Source of the DNA: the human T2T-CHM13v2.0 reference genome, Homo sapiens
DNA: 64,000 bases
Direction: 5' to 3' (one strand)
NCBI RefSeq assembly: GCF_009914755.1
Contig: NC_060938.1
The position numbers and the translations under genes are program-made. The stretch's first letter is position 1. Every line of letters begins with the position of its first letter. Shown in pieces: positions 30,901-47,089 of this stretch. The notes beneath the pieces are model-generated. The model saw only the letters and a list, made by a program, of their open reading frames with translations. It made no database searches and was not told where the DNA came from.

Positions 30901-33900
30901 GAAATGAACGGAACGGATTGGAATGGAATGGAGTCGAATGGATTGGAGTCGAATGGAATGGAACCGAATGGAATGGAATCGAATGGAATGGAATTGAATG
31001 GAATAGAAAGGAATAGAATGGAAAGGAGTGTGATGGAAATATAACGAATGGAATGGAGTGGAATGGAGTGGAATGGAATGGAACCAACTGGAATGGAATC
31101 GAATGGAATGGAATTGAATAGAATCAAAAGGAATAGAATGGAATGGAGTGTAATGGAAATATAATGAATGGAATGGAATTGAATAGAATGGAAAGGAATA
31201 GAAGGGAAAGGAATCGGATGGAACGGAATGGAAAGAATTGGAGTTAAATGGAATAGAATCGAGTAGAATGGCATCGAATGGAATGCAATGGAATGGAATG
31301 GACTCGAAGGTAATGGACTCAAATGGAATAGAATTGAATGGAGTGGCATCGAATGTATTGGAAAGGAGAGGAATGGAATGGATTGGACTGAAATGTAATG
31401 GGCTGGAATGGAATTGAATCAAATAGAATGGACTCAAATGGAATGGTCACTAATGGAATTTATTCAAATAGAATGGAATCGAATGAAATGCAATAGTATG
31501 GAATTGAATCGACTGGAATGTAATCGAATGGAATGGACTGGAATGGAATGGAATAGAATAGAATGGACTCGAATGTAATGGATTGCCATATAATTGATTG
31601 GAATAGAATGGAATCGAATGGAATGGAATCGAATGCAATGTAATCAAATAGAATGGAATGGAATGCAATGGAATGGAATAGAATGGAATGCAATGGAATG
31701 TAACAGAGTGGAATTGAGTGGAATGGAATCAAATGGAATGGAATCGAATGGAACGGACTGGAATTGAATGGACTTCAATAGAATGGACTGGCACAAAATG
31801 GAATCAAACGGATTGGAATAGAAAGGAACGGAATTGAATGGAGTGGACAGGAGTGGCTTCGACTGGAATGGAGTCGAATGGAATGGCATCAAACGGAATG
31901 GACTGGAATGGAATGGAATGGAATGGAATGGAATGGAATGGAATGAATTCGAGTGGAATGGACTCGAATTGAATATAATCGAATGGAATGGAATCGAGTG
32001 GAATGGAATGGCATGGAAAGGAATGGACCCAAATATAATGGACTCAAATGGAATGTACTCAAATAGAATGGACTCGAATGGAATGGTCTCGAATGGAATA
32101 TAATCAAATAGAATGTAATTGAATGGAATGCAGTAGTATGGAACGGAAACGAATGGAATGGAATTGAATGGAATGGACCAGAATGGAATGGAATGGAATA
32201 GAACGGACTGCAAATTAACGGAATGCAATGTAATTGATATGAATGGAATGGAATAGAATGGAATGTAATCAAATGGAATGGAATGGAATGCTATGCAATG
32301 GAATAGAATGCAATGCAATGGAATGGAACGGAGAGGAATCGAGTAGAATGGAATCAAATGGAATGGAATTGAAGGTAATGGACGGGAAAAAATGGAGTCG
32401 AAAGCGTTGGAATGGAATGGAATGGAATGGATTGTAATGGACTCGAATGGAATGGAGTCAAATGGAATGGAATCGAATGGAATGGAATTGAATGGAATCC
32501 AAAGCAATAGAATGGAATGGAGTGTAATAGAAAGCTATCAAATAGAATGGAATGGAAGGGAATGGACTCGAATGGAATGGACTGGAGTGGAATGAACTCG
32601 AATGGAATGGTGTCAAATGGAATTTAATTGACTGCAGTTGAATTGAATGGAATGGAACTGAATGGAATCTAAAGATAGAGAATGGAAAGGAGTGTAATGG
32701 AAAAACATCGAATGGAATTGCTTGGAATGGACTCGAAAGGAATGGACTGGAATGGAATGGACTTGAAGGGAATGGACTGGAGTGGATTGGAATCGAATGC
32801 AATGGAAGCAATTGGAATGGAATGGAATGGAATGGAATGGAATGGAAAGGAATAGAATGAAATGGAATCGGTTGGAACGGAATGGAATGGAATGGAGCAG
32901 AATGGAATAGAATCGATTGCAAGGTCATCGAATGGACTGGAATGGAATGAACTCGAATTGAATGGACTGGAAAAAAATGGAATCAAATGGATTGGAATCA
33001 AAGAGAAAGGAATGGAATGGAATGGACACAAATGTAATGGACTCGAATGGAATGGACCCAAATAGAATGGACATGAAAGGAATGGTTTCGAATGGAATTT
33101 ATTTGAACAGAATGGAATCGAATGGAATGCAAACTATAGAATGGTATCGAATGGAATAGAATCGAATGGAATGGACGGGAATGGAATGGACTCGATTGGA
33201 ATGGACTCAACAGGAATGGAAACGAATGGAATGGAATGGAATGGAATGGAATGGAATGGAATGGAATTTAATGCAAAGGAATAGAATGTAATGGAATCGT
33301 ATTGAACTGAATGGAATTCAATGGAGTCGAATGGAATAGAATCAAATGGAATGGCATCGAATGGTATGGAAGGGAATGGAATGGAATGGACTCGAATGCA
33401 ATGTACTGCAACAAAATGGAATCGAAAGGATTGGAATCGAATTTAACAGAATGGGATTGAATGGAATGCAATGGACTCGAAAGGAATGGAGTCAAATGGA
33501 ATAGAACCGAATGGAATGGATTGGAATGGAATGGAATGGAATGGAATCGAAAGGAATAGAATGGAATTGGGTGTAATGGAAAGATATCGAGTGGAATGGA
33601 ATGCAATGGAAGGGACTCGAATGGAATGGACTGGAATGGAATAGAATGGAATGGAATGAAATGGAAAGGAATAGAAAGTAAAGGAATCGGATGGAAAGAA
33701 ATGGAATGGAATGGAGTCGAATGCAATAGAATCGATTGGAATGGCATCAAATGGAATGGAAAGGAATGGACCTGAATGGAATGGACTCGAATAGAATGGA
33801 AACGAAAGGAATGGAAACAATGGAATGGAAAGGACTAGAATGTAATGGAATCAAATTGAACAAAATAGAATGGAATAGAGAAGAATGGAATAGAATCGAA

Positions 33901-36900
33901 TGGAATGACATCGAGTGAAATGGAATGCAATGGAATGGAATGGAATGAAATGTACCCAAATATAATGGACTCGAATGGAATGGACTTAAATAGATTGGAC
34001 TCAAAAAGAATGGTCTCGAATGGAATTTATTTGAACAGAATGGAATCGAATGGAATGCAAATGTATGGAATGGAATCAAATGGAATAGAATCAAATGGAA
34101 TGGACAGGAATGAAATGGACTGGAATAGAATGGACTCGAATGTATTGGATTGCAACGTAATTGATTTGTATGGAATGGAATCGAATTTAAGATTATCAAA
34201 TTGAATGGAATGGTAAGCAATGGAATGGAATATAATGGAATGCAATGGAATGGAATGGAGTGGAATTAAGTGGAATGGAATCGAATGGAATGCCATCGAA
34301 TGGAAAGGAATGGAGTGGAATGGACTGCAATGGAATGGACTGGAACAAAATGGAATCAAACGGATTGGAATCCAGTGGAATGTAAAGGGATGGATTGGAA
34401 TGGAATGGACTTGAATCAAATGAAGTCGAATGGATTGGAACCGAATGGAATGGAATCAAATGAAATGGAATTGAATGAAATCAAAATGAATAGAATGGAA
34501 TTTGGTGTAATGGAATGATATCGAATGGAATGGAATAAAATGGAAGGGACTCGAATGGAATGGAAACGAATGGAATGGAATGGAATAGAATGGAATGCAA
34601 ACGGATGGAACGGAATGGAGTGGAACGGAGTCGAGAGGAATAGAATGGAATTAAATCGCATCAAATGGATTGGAATGGAATGCAATGGAATGGATTGGAC
34701 ACTAGTGGAATGGACTCGAATGGAATAGAATCATTTGAAATGGCATCAAATGGAATTGAATGGAATGGAATCTACTCGAATGGAATGGACACGAATGGAA
34801 TGGAATGGAATGGAAAGGAATAGAATGGAATGAAATCGGATGGAATGGAATGGTATGGAACGGAGTCGAATGGAATAGAATGGAATTAAATGGCATCGAA
34901 TGGATTGGAATAGAATGGAATCTGCTCGAATGGAATGGACAGGAATGGAATGGACTAGAATGGAATGGCATCGAATGGAATGGAATGGAATGGACCAAAC
35001 ATAATGGACTGTAATGCAATGGAATCAAATAGAACGCACTTGAAAGTAATGGTCTCGAATGAAATTTATTCGAAAATAATGGAATCGAATGGAATTCAAT
35101 AGTATGGAATGGAAACAAATGGAATGGAATCGAATGGAATGGATTTGAATGTAATGCACCGGAATGGAATGGACTAGAATAGAACAGACTGGAATGTAAT
35201 GGATTGTAAGGTAATTGATTCGAATGGAATGGAATTGAATGGAATGTAATCAAATGGAATGGAATGGAATGCAGTGGAATGGAATAGAATTGAATGCAAT
35301 GGAATGGAACGGAGTGGAAATGAGTGGAATGGAATCGAATGGAATGGAATCGAAATGAATGGACTCGAAGGGAAGGGACTCGAATGGAATGGACTTCAAC
35401 AAAATGGAAAGGAAAGGATTGGAATCGAACGTAATGGAATGAAATCGAATGGATTGGAATCGAATGGAATGGAGTCGAATGGAATGGAATTGAATGAAAT
35501 GGAATCGAGTGGATTGGAATTGAATGGAATCAAAATGAATTGAATGGAATGGAGTGTAATGGATAGATATCGAATGGAAAGGAATGGATTGGACTCGAAT
35601 GGAATGGACTCGAATGGAATGGACTGGAGTGGAGTGGAATCGAATGGAACAGAAATGAACGGAATGAAATGGAATGGAATTGAACGGAAAAGTGTAGAAT
35701 GTAGTGGAATCGGTTGGAATGGAATGGAATGGAATGGCGACGAATGGAATACAAACGAATGAAATGGAAACGAATGCAATTGAATGTAATGCAATGGAAC
35801 TGAATGGAAAGGAATAGAATGGAATGGAATCGGTTGGAATGGAAAGGAAGGGAAGGGAGTCGAATGGAATAGAATCGAATGGAATGGCATCGAATGATAT
35901 GGAATGGAATGGACTCGAATAGAATGGACTGTAACAAAATGGAATTGAATGCTGTGGCATTGAATGTAAGGGAATTGAATAGAATGCAACGAACTCGAAT
36001 GGAATGGAGTCGATAGGAATGGAATAGAATGGAATGGAAACAAATGGAATGGAATTGAATGTAATCGAAAGGAGTAGAAAGGAATGGAGTGTAATAGAAA
36101 GATATTGAATGGAATGGAATGGAATGGAATGGAATAGACTTGAAAGGATTGGAATCGAATGGAATGGACTGGGGTGGAATGGACTCAAATGGAGTAGGCT
36201 GGAGTGGAATGGACTCTAATGGAATGGAATGAAAAGGAATGGAATGGAACGGAAAGAAATAGAATGGATTGGAGTCAGGTGGAACGGAATGGAGTTTAAT
36301 GGAGTTGAAAGGAATAGATTAGAATGGAATGGCACCAAATGGAATGGAATGCAATGGACTCGAATGGAATGGACTCGCATGGAATAGAATCGAATGGAAT
36401 TTAATGGAATAGATTGGAATGGTCACAAAAGTAATGGACTCGAATGGAATGGACTCAGATGGAATGGACTAGATAGGAATGGTCTCCAATGGAATTTATT
36501 CAAGTAGAATGGAATCGAACAGAATGCAATAGTACGGAATGGAATCGAATTGAATGGAATCGAATGGAATGGACTGGAAATGAATGGAATGGATTAGAAC
36601 GGACACAAATATAATTGATTGTAAAGTAATTGATTTGAATGGAAAGGAATTGAATGGAATGTAATCAAATGAAATGGAAAGGAATGGAATGGAATGCAAT
36701 GCAAGGGAATGGAGCGGAGTAGAATTGAGTGGAAGTGAATCAAATAGAATGGAATGGAATAGAATGGAATGGAAAGGACTTGAATGGAATGCGTTGGAGT
36801 GGAATGGACTCAAACGGAATGGAAACAAATGGAATAGAATGGAAAGGAATGGAAAGGAATAGAATGGAATGGAATCGGATGGAATGGAATGTAATGGAAT

Positions 36901-39900
36901 GGAATCGAATGGAATAGAACCGAATGGAATGGAATCGAATGTATTGGAATGGAGTGGAATGGAACAGAATTTAATGGACTGTAATAGAATGGAATCTAAT
37001 GCAATGGATTGCAATGTAATTGATTCATATGGAATGGAATCGAATGGAATGTAATCAAAAGGAATGGAATGGAAAGCAATGGAATGGAATAGAATGGACA
37101 GCAAAGGACTGCCACAGAGTGGAATCGAGAGGAATGGAATTGAATGGAATGGAATGGAATGTATTCGAATGGAATAGAACCGAGTGGAATAGAGTTGGGA
37201 CAAAATGGAATAGAACTCAGTGCAATCGAATGGAAAGAAATGGAATTTAATGGAATGGAAGGTAATAGACTCGAATGGAATGGAGTATAATGAAATGGAA
37301 TCAAATGGAATGGAATCGAATGGAATACAATTGAATGGAATGGAATGGAATGGAATAGAGTGCAATGCACAGATATCGTGTGGAATGGAATGGAGGGCAA
37401 TGCAATGATATCGTGTGGAATGGAATGGAATGGAATGGAATGGAATGGAATGGAATGGAATGGAATGGACTTGAATGGAATGGACTCTAATGCAATGGAC
37501 TCGAATGGAATGGATTCCAATGCAATGGACTGGAGGGCAATTGACTCGAATGAATGGAAACGACTGGAATGGAATGGAAAGGAGCAGAATGAAATGGAAT
37601 TGGATGGAACTGAATGGAATGGAATGGAATGGAATCGAATGGAATGCACTGAATTGGAATGGACTCGAATGGAATGGACTTGAGTGGAATGGATTCGAAT
37701 GGAATGGAAACAAATGGCATGGAATGGAATGGAACGGAATAGAATGGAATGGAATCAGATGGAACGGAATGGAAAGGAATGGATTCGAATGGAGTAGAAT
37801 CTAATGGAATGAAGTCGAATGGAATGGAATGGAATGGAGTGGAACGGACTCAAATGCAATGGACTCGAATGAAATAGAACAGAATGGAATAGCATCAAGT
37901 GGAATGCAATGGAATGGAATGGATGCAAATGTAATGGACTCGAAAGGAATGGAATCAAATAGAATGGACCCGAATGGAATGGTCTCGAAAGGAATTTATT
38001 CGAATAGAATGGAATGGAAAGGAATGCAATATTTTGGAATGGAATGAAATAGTATACATTGGAATCAAATGGAATGGAATCGAATGTATTGGAGTGGAAT
38101 GGTATGGACTGGTATAGAAAGTACTCGAATGTAACGGATTGCAATATAATTGATTCGAGTTGAATGGAATCGAATGGAATGTAATCAAATGGTAAGGAAT
38201 GGAATGCAATTGAATGAAATAGAATGGAATGCAATGGAATGGAACGGAGTGCAATCGAGTGGAATGGAATCGAATTGAAAAGAATTGAATGCAATAGATT
38301 CGAATGGAATGGAATCACATGGAATGGAATTGAATGGAATGGAATTGAATGGAATCAAAAGAAATAAAATGGATTGGAGTGTAATGGAAATATATTGAAT
38401 GCAATTGAATGGAATGGACTCCAATGGAATGGACTGGAATGGAATGGATTCGAATGGAATGGACTGGAGAGGAACGGACTCGAATGAAATGGAAAGGAAT
38501 GGGATGCAATGGAATGGAATGGAACGGAAAGGAATAGAATGGAATGGAATTGGATGGAACTGAATGGAACGGAATGGAGTCGAAAGGAATACAATTGAAT
38601 GGAATGTCATCGAATGGAATGGAATGGAATGGAATGGATTGGAATAGAATGGAACGGAGTGGAATGGAATGTACCCAAATGTAGTGGACTCGAATACAAT
38701 GCAGAAATAGAATGGACTCGAAAGGAAAGGTCTAGAATGGAATTTATTCGAATTGAATGTACTCGAATGGAATGCAATAGAATGGAATGGAATCAAATGG
38801 AATTCCATCGAATGGAATGGACCGGAATGGAATGGACTGGAATAGAATGGACCTGAATGTAATGGACTGTAATGTAATTGATTCGAATGGAATGGAATCG
38901 AATGGAAAATAATTAAATGGAATGGAATGGAATGCAATGGAATTGAATAGAATGGAATGTAATGGAATGGAAAGGAGTGGAATCGAGTGGAATGGAATTG
39001 AATGGAATGGAATCGAACTGAATGGAATCGAATGGAATGGACTCGAATGTAATGGACTGGGGCAAAATGGATTCGAACCTATTAGAATCGAATGGCATGG
39101 AATGGAATGGAATGGAATGGACTCGAATGGAATGGAGTCGAATGGAATGGAACCGAATGAATGGAATTGAATGGAATTGAAAGAATAGAATGAAAGGGAG
39201 TGTAATGTAAAGATATCCAATGGAATGGAATGGAATAGAATTGACTCGAAAGGACTGGAATCAAATGGAATGGAAGGGGAATGGAATGGAATCGAATGGA
39301 ACGGACTGGAACAAAATGGAATCAAAAGGACTGGGATAGAACGTAATGGAATTTAATGGAATGGAATGGAATGGAATGGACTCGAAGGGAATGGATTCAA
39401 ATGGAATGGAAACGAATGGAATGGCATTGAATTTAATAGAATTTAATGGAATCGAAAGGTATAGAATGGAATAGAGCATAATCGAAAGATATCAAATGGA
39501 ATGTAATGGACTCGAATGGAATGGCCTGGAATGGAATGGAGTCGAATGGAATGGATTGGAGTGGAATGGATTCGAATGGAATGGAAACGAATGGAATAGA
39601 ATGGAGTGGAATGGAAAGAAATAGAATGGAATGGAATCAGATGGAACAGAATGGAATGGAATGGAATTGAATGGAATATAATCGAACTGAATGGCATCGA
39701 GTGGAATGGAATGGAATGGAGTCGAATGGAATATAATCGAACTGAATGGCATCCAGTGGAATGGAATGGAATGGAAAGGACTCGAATGGAGTGGAATTGA
39801 ATGGAATAGAATCAAATGGAATGGCATTGAATGGAATGGAATGGAGTGGAATGGAATGGACACAAATGTAATGGACTTGAATGGAATGGATTCAATAAGA

Positions 39901-42900
39901 ATGGATTTGAAAGGAATGGACTCAAATGGAATTTATTTGAATAGAATGGAATCGAATGCAATGCAATAGTATGGAATAGAATGGAATCGAATGGAATGGA
40001 ACGGAATGGAATGGACTGGAATAGAATGGACTAGAAATTAATGGATTGCAATCTAATTGATTCAAATGGAATGGAATCAAATGTAATGGAATCAAATGGA
40101 ATGGAATGGAATGCAATGGAATGGAATAGAATGGAATGCAATGCAATGGAATGGAACGGAGTGGAATCAAGTGGAATGGAATCGAATGGAATGGACTGGA
40201 ATGGAATGGCCTCGAATGGAATGGACTGGAACAAAATGGAATCGAACAGATTTGAATCGAACAGAACGGAATGGAATGGAATGGACTCGATTTCAGTGGA
40301 GTCGAATGGAATGGAATCGAATGGAATGTAATAGAAAGGAAATGAATGGAATAGAAAGGAATAGAATGGAATGGATTGTAATTGAAAGATATCGAATGGA
40401 ATGGAATGCACTTGATGGAATGGATTGGAATGGAATGGACGCGAAGGGAATGGATTGGAGTGGAATGGACTCAAATGGAATGGAAAAAAATGGAATAGAA
40501 TGCAATGGAATGGAATGGAATGGAAAAGAATGGAATGGAATCCGATGGAATGGAATGGAATGGAATGGAAAGGAGAAGAATGGAAAGGAATCCGATGGAA
40601 TGGAATGAAATGGAACCAAGTGGAATGAAAAGAATCGAATTGAATGTCATCGAATGGAATGGAATGGAATGGACTCGAATGGAAAGGACTTAAATGGAAT
40701 AGAATGGAATACAATGGCAACGAATTGAATGTAATGGAATGGAATGGCCACAAATGTAATGGACTCGAATGGAATGGCCTCAAATAGAAAGGACTCGAAA
40801 GGAATGGTCTCGAATGGAATTTATTAGAATAGAATGGAATCAAATGGAATGCAATAGTATGGAATGGAATCGAATGGAATGGACCGGACTGGAATGGACT
40901 GGAATAGAACGGACTTGAATGGAACGGATTGCAATGTAATTGATTCGAATGGAATGGAATCCAATGGAATGTAGCCAAGTGGAATGGAATGGAATGCAAT
41001 GGAATGGAATAAAATGCAATGCAATAGAATGGAATAGAGTGGAATCGAGTGGAATGGGATCGAATTGAATGGAATCAAATGGAATGGAATCAAATGTAAT
41101 GGACTGGAATGGAATGGACTGTAATGTATTGGACTGGAACAAAATGGAAACGAACGGATTGGAATCGAGTGGAACGGAATGTAATGGAATTGAACAGACT
41201 CGAATGGAATAAAGTCAAATGGAATGGAATTGAATGGAATGGAATTTAATAGAATCAAAATGAATAGAAGAGAATGGAGTTTAATGTAAAGATTTCGAAT
41301 GGAATGGAATGGAAAGGACTCGGATGGAGTTGACTGGAATGGAATGGACTCGAATGGAATGGACTCGAATGGAATGGAAACGAATGGAATGGAAACGAAT
41401 GGAATGGAATGGAAAAGAATAGAAAGGAGTGGAATCGGATGGAATGGAATGGAATGGTGTTGAATGGTATAGAATCAAATGGAATGGCATCGAATGGAAT
41501 GGAATGAAATGGAATGGAATGAAATGAAACAGAATCGAATGCAATGGACTCGAATGGAATAGAATCGAATGGAATGGTATCGAGTGGAATGGAATGGAAT
41601 GGAATGGAATGGAATGGAATGGAATGGACCCAAATGTAATGGACTCGAATGGAATCGACTCAAATAGAATGGGCTCGAAAGGAATGGTCTCAAATGGAAT
41701 TTATTCAAATAGAATGGAATCGAATGGAAAGCAATAGTATGGAATGGAATCGAATGGAATCTACCGGAATGGAATGGACTGGAATAGAAAGTACTCGAAT
41801 GTAATGGATTGCAATGTATTTGATTCGAAAGGAATGGAATCAAATGGAATGTAAACAAATGGAATGGAATAGAATGGAATGAAATGGAATGGAACGGAGT
41901 GGAATGGAATGGAATGGAATGGAATCGAATGCAATGAACTGGAATTCAATGGTCTCGATTGGAATGGACTGGAACAAAATGGAATCGAACGGATCAGAAT
42001 CAAATGGAATGGAATGGAATAGAATGGAAAAGAATGGTATGGAATTGAAGGGAATCGAAAGGAAAAGAATAGAATGGAGTGAAATGGAAAGATATCGAAT
42101 GGAATGGAAAGGAGTGGAATAGACTCGAATAGAATGGACTGGAATGAAATAGATTCGAATGGAATGGAATGGAATGAAGTGGACTCGAATGGAATGAACT
42201 GGAGTGGAATGGACTCGAAAGGAATGGAAAGGAATGGAATGGAATGGAATAGAATGGAAAGGAATAGAATGGAATGGAATCAGATGGAATGAAATGAAAT
42301 GAAATGGAGTCAAACGGAATAGAATCGAATGGAATGGCATCAGAGAATGGAATGGAATGGAATGGAATGGACTTGAATGGAATGCACTTGAATAGAATAC
42401 AATAGAACGGAATGGCATGGCATGGAATGGAATGGAATGGAATGGAAGGGAGAGTAATGGAATAATGTCAAATGGAATGGAATTGAATGGAATGGAATGA
42501 ACTTGAATGGAATGGACTGGAATGGAATGGACTCAAATGGAATGGACTGGAGTGGAATGTACTCGAATGGAATGGACTGGAATGGAATGGACTACAGCAG
42601 AGTGCTCTCGAATGAAATGGAAACGAATGGAATGGAGTTAATGGAATGGAATTTAAAGGAATAGAATGGAAGGAATCGGATGGAATGGAAAGGAATCGAA
42701 TGGAGTCGAATGGAATAAAATCGAATGGAATGGCATTGAATGGAACAGAATTAAATGGAATGGACTCGAATGGAATTGAATAGAATTGAATGGCATCGAA
42801 TGGAAAGGAATGGAAGGGAGTGTAATGGAAAGATGTCGAATGGAATGGAATGGACTCAAATGTAATGGCCAGGAATGGAATGGACTCGAATGGAATGGAT

Positions 42901-45599
42901 TGGAGTGGAATGGACACGAATGGAAAGGAAACGAATTGAATAGAATGGAATGGAATAGAAAGGAATACAATGAAATTTAATCGGATGGAACTGAATGGAA
43001 TGGAATGGAGTTGAATGGAATAGAATCGAATAGAATGACATTGAATGGAATGGAATGGAATGGAATGGAATGGAATGGAAAGGACTCGAATGGAGTGGAC
43101 TCGAATGGGATAGAATCAAATGGAATGGCTTTGAATGGAATGCAATGTAATGCAATGGAATTTACCCAAATGTAATGGACTTGACTGGAATGGACTCAAA
43201 TAGAATGGACTTGAAAGGAATGGACTCGAATTGAATTTATTAAAATAGAATGGAATCGAATGGAATGCAATAGTATGTAATGAAATCGAAAGGAATGTAA
43301 TCGAATGGAATGGACCGGAATGGAATGGACTGGAATAGAACAGACTCGAATGTAATGGATTGCAAAGCAAATGATTCAAATGGAATTGAATCGAATGGAA
43401 TGTAACCAAATGGAATGGAATGGTTTGCAATTTAATGGAATGGAATGGAATGCAATGGAATGGAACAGAGTGCAATCGAGTGGAATGGAATCAAATGGAA
43501 TGGAATTGAATCGAATGGACTGGAATAGAATGGACACGAATGGAATGGACTGGAAGAAATGGAATCAAACGGATTGGAATAGAATGGAACTGAATGGAAT
43601 GGAGTGGAATGGAGTGGAATGGAATGGAATGGAATGGACTCGAATGCAATGGAGTAAAATGGAATGGAATCAAAAGCAAAGGAAACGAATGGAATGGAAT
43701 TGAATGAAATCAAAATGAATAGAATGCAATGGAGTTTAATGGAAAGATATTGAATGGAATGGAATGGAATGGACTCGGATGGAATGGACTGGAATGGAAT
43801 GGACTCGAATGTAATGGCCTGGAGTGGAATGGACTCGAATGTAATGGAAACGAATGGCATGGTATGGAATGGAACAGAAAAGAATAGAATGGAATAGAAT
43901 CTGATGGAATGGAATGGATTGGAGTCGAATGGAATACAATCAATTGGAACAGCATCGAATGGAATGGAATGCAATGGAATGGAGTCGAATGGCATACAAT
44001 CAATTGGAATGGCATCGAATGGAATGGAATGGAATGGAATGGATTGAAATTAATTGGACTCGAATGCAATGTCCTCGAATGGAATAGAATCGAATTGTAT
44101 GGCATTGAAAGGAATGGAATGGAATGGCATGGACCCAAATGTAATGGACTCAAATAGAATGGACTCAAATATAATGGACTCGAAAGGAATGGTTTCGAAT
44201 GGAATTTATTCGAATAGAATGGAATTGAATGGATTGCAATAATATGGAATGGAATCGAATGGAATGGACCGTAATGGAATGGACTGGAATAAAACAGACT
44301 TGAATACCTTGCATTACAATATAATTGATTCGAATGGAATGGAATTGAATGGAATGTAATCAAATGGAATGGAATGGAATGCAAAGCAATGGTATAGAAT
44401 GGAATGCAATGGAATGGAACGGAGTGAAATCGAGTGGAATGGAATCAAATGGAATGGAATCGAATGGCTTGGAATCGATTGGAATAGACTGGAATGGAAT
44501 GGACTTGAAAGGAATGGACTGGAAAAAAATGGAATCGAACGGAATGGAATCAAGTGTAATGGAATGCACTGGCCTCCAATGGAATGCAGTCGAATGGAAG
44601 GGAATTCAATGGAATGGAATCAAATGGAATGGAATCAAATGGAATGGAATTGAATGGAATCGAAAGGATAGAATTTAATGGAGTTTAACGGAAAGATATC
44701 GAATGCAATGGAATGGACACGAATGGAATAGAATGGAATGGAATGGACTCAAAAGAAATGGACTGCAGTGGAATGGACTCGAATGGAAGGGAAAAGAATG
44801 GAATGGAAAGGAATAGAATGGAATGGAATCGGATGGAACTAAATGGAATGGAATGGAGACGAATGGAGAGGAGTTAAAAGGAGTGGCATCAAACGGAGTG
44901 GAATGGAATGGACCCGAAAGGAATGAACTCAAATGGAATAGAATAGAATGGAATGACATCAAATGGAATGGAACGGAAGGGAGTGTAATGGCAAGATATA
45001 GAATGGAATGGAATGGAAAGGAATGGACTCGAATGGAATGGACTGGAATGGAATGCTCTGCAGGAAAATGGTCTCGAACGGAAAGGAAATGAATAGAACG
45101 GAATTGATTGGAATGGAAAGGAAAAGAATGGAATGGAATCAGAAGGAAGAGAACGGATTGGAATGGAGTCGAAAGGAACAGAATTATATGGAATGCAATT
45201 GAATGGAATGGAATGCAATGGACTCGAATGGAATGGACTCACATGGAGTAGAATTGAATGGAATGGCAATGGAATAGAATGAAATGCAATAAAATGGAAT
45301 GGAGTGGAATCAAATGGAATGGAATGGAATGGAATGGCATGGAATGGAATGGAATGGATTGGAATGGAATACAATGGAACGGAATCGGATGGAACGGAAT
45401 GGAATGGAATGGAGTTGAAAGGAATAGAATCGAATGGAATGTCATGGAATGGAATGGAATGGAAGTGAATGGAATGGAATGGACCCGAATGGAATGGACT
45501 CAAATGGAAAAGAATGGAATGGAATGGTATCGAATGGAATGGAAGATTCCAAATGTAATGAACTCAAATGGAATGGAGTGAAATAGAATGAACTTAAAA

Positions 45600-45614
45600 G
45601 GAATTTTCTCGAAT
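45600..45614. promoter_or_regulatory. Perfect three-unit heat shock element motif (nGAAnnTTCnnGAAn)
   Basis: GGAATTTTCTCGAAT. This is a motif match only; binding is not shown. Confidence 0.4.
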
Positions 45615-47089
45615 AGACTTTATTTGAATAGACTTTAATCGAATGGAATGCAATAGTATGGAATGGAATCGGATGGAAAGGAATCAAACGGAATGGACCG
45701 GAATGGAATGGACTGGAATAGAACGGACTCGAATGTAATGGACTGCAATGTAATTGATTCGAAACGAATGCAATCTAATGGAATGTAATAAAATGGAATG
45801 GTAAGGAATGAAAAGGAATGGAATAGATTGGAATACAATGGAGTGGAATGGAGTGTAATCGAGTGGAATGGAATCAAATGGAATGGAATCGAATGGAATG
45901 GTATCGATAGGAATGGACTGGAATGGAATGGATTCGAATGGAATGGACTGGTACAAAATGGAATCGAACTGACTGGAATCGAACAGAAAGCAATGGAATG
46001 GACAAGAATGGAATGGAGTCGAATGGAATGGAATCGAATGGAATTGAATCTAATAGAATGGAAATGAACTGAATCAAAAGGAATAGAATGGAATGGAGTG
46101 TAATGGAAAGATATCAAATGGAATGGAGTGGAATGGAATTGAATGGACTCGAATGGAATGGACTGGAAAGGAATGCATTTGAATGGAATGGACTGGTGTT
46201 GAATGGACTCGAAGGGAATTGAAACGAATGGAATGCAATGGAGTGGATCAGAAGGGAATAGAATGGAATGGAGTCGGATTGAATGGAATTGAATGGAGTG
46301 GAGTCAAACAGAATAGAGTCGAATGGAATTTCATCGAATGGAATGGAATGGAATGGAATGCAATGGAGTGGAATGGACTCGAATGGTATAGAAACTAACA
46401 GAATGGCATCGAATGGAATGGAATGGAATGGAATGCAATGGAATGGAATGGAATGCAATGGAGTGGAATGGACTCGAATGGTACAGAAACTAACAGAATG
46501 ACATCGAATGGAATGGAATGGAATGGAATGGAATGGAATGGAATGGACCCAAATTTAATGGACTCCAATGGAATGGACTCAAATAGAATGGACTTGAAAG
46601 GAATGGTCACGAATGGAATTTATTCAAATAGAATGGAATTGAATAGAATGCAATAGTATGGAATGGAATCGATTGAATAGAATCGAATGGAATGGACTGG
46701 AATGATATGGACTGGAATAGAATGGACTCGAATGTCATGGATTGCAATATAATTGATTTGAATGGAAAGGAATCGAATGGAACGTAAGCAAATGGAATGG
46801 AATGGAATGAAATGGAATGGAGTGGAATGGAATGCAATGGAATGGAATGGAATAAAATGGAATGAAGTGGAATGGAATGCAATGGAATGGAGTGGAATGG
46901 AATGCAATGGAATGGAACAGAGTGGAATCGATTGGAATGGAATCAAATGGAATGGAATCGAATGGAATGGAATTGAGTGGAATAGAATAGAATGGAATGG
47001 ACTCGAATGGAATGGAATGGACTCTAAAGGAATAGACTCGAATGGAATGGAATGGAATGGAATAGACCCAAATGTAATGGACTCGTATG

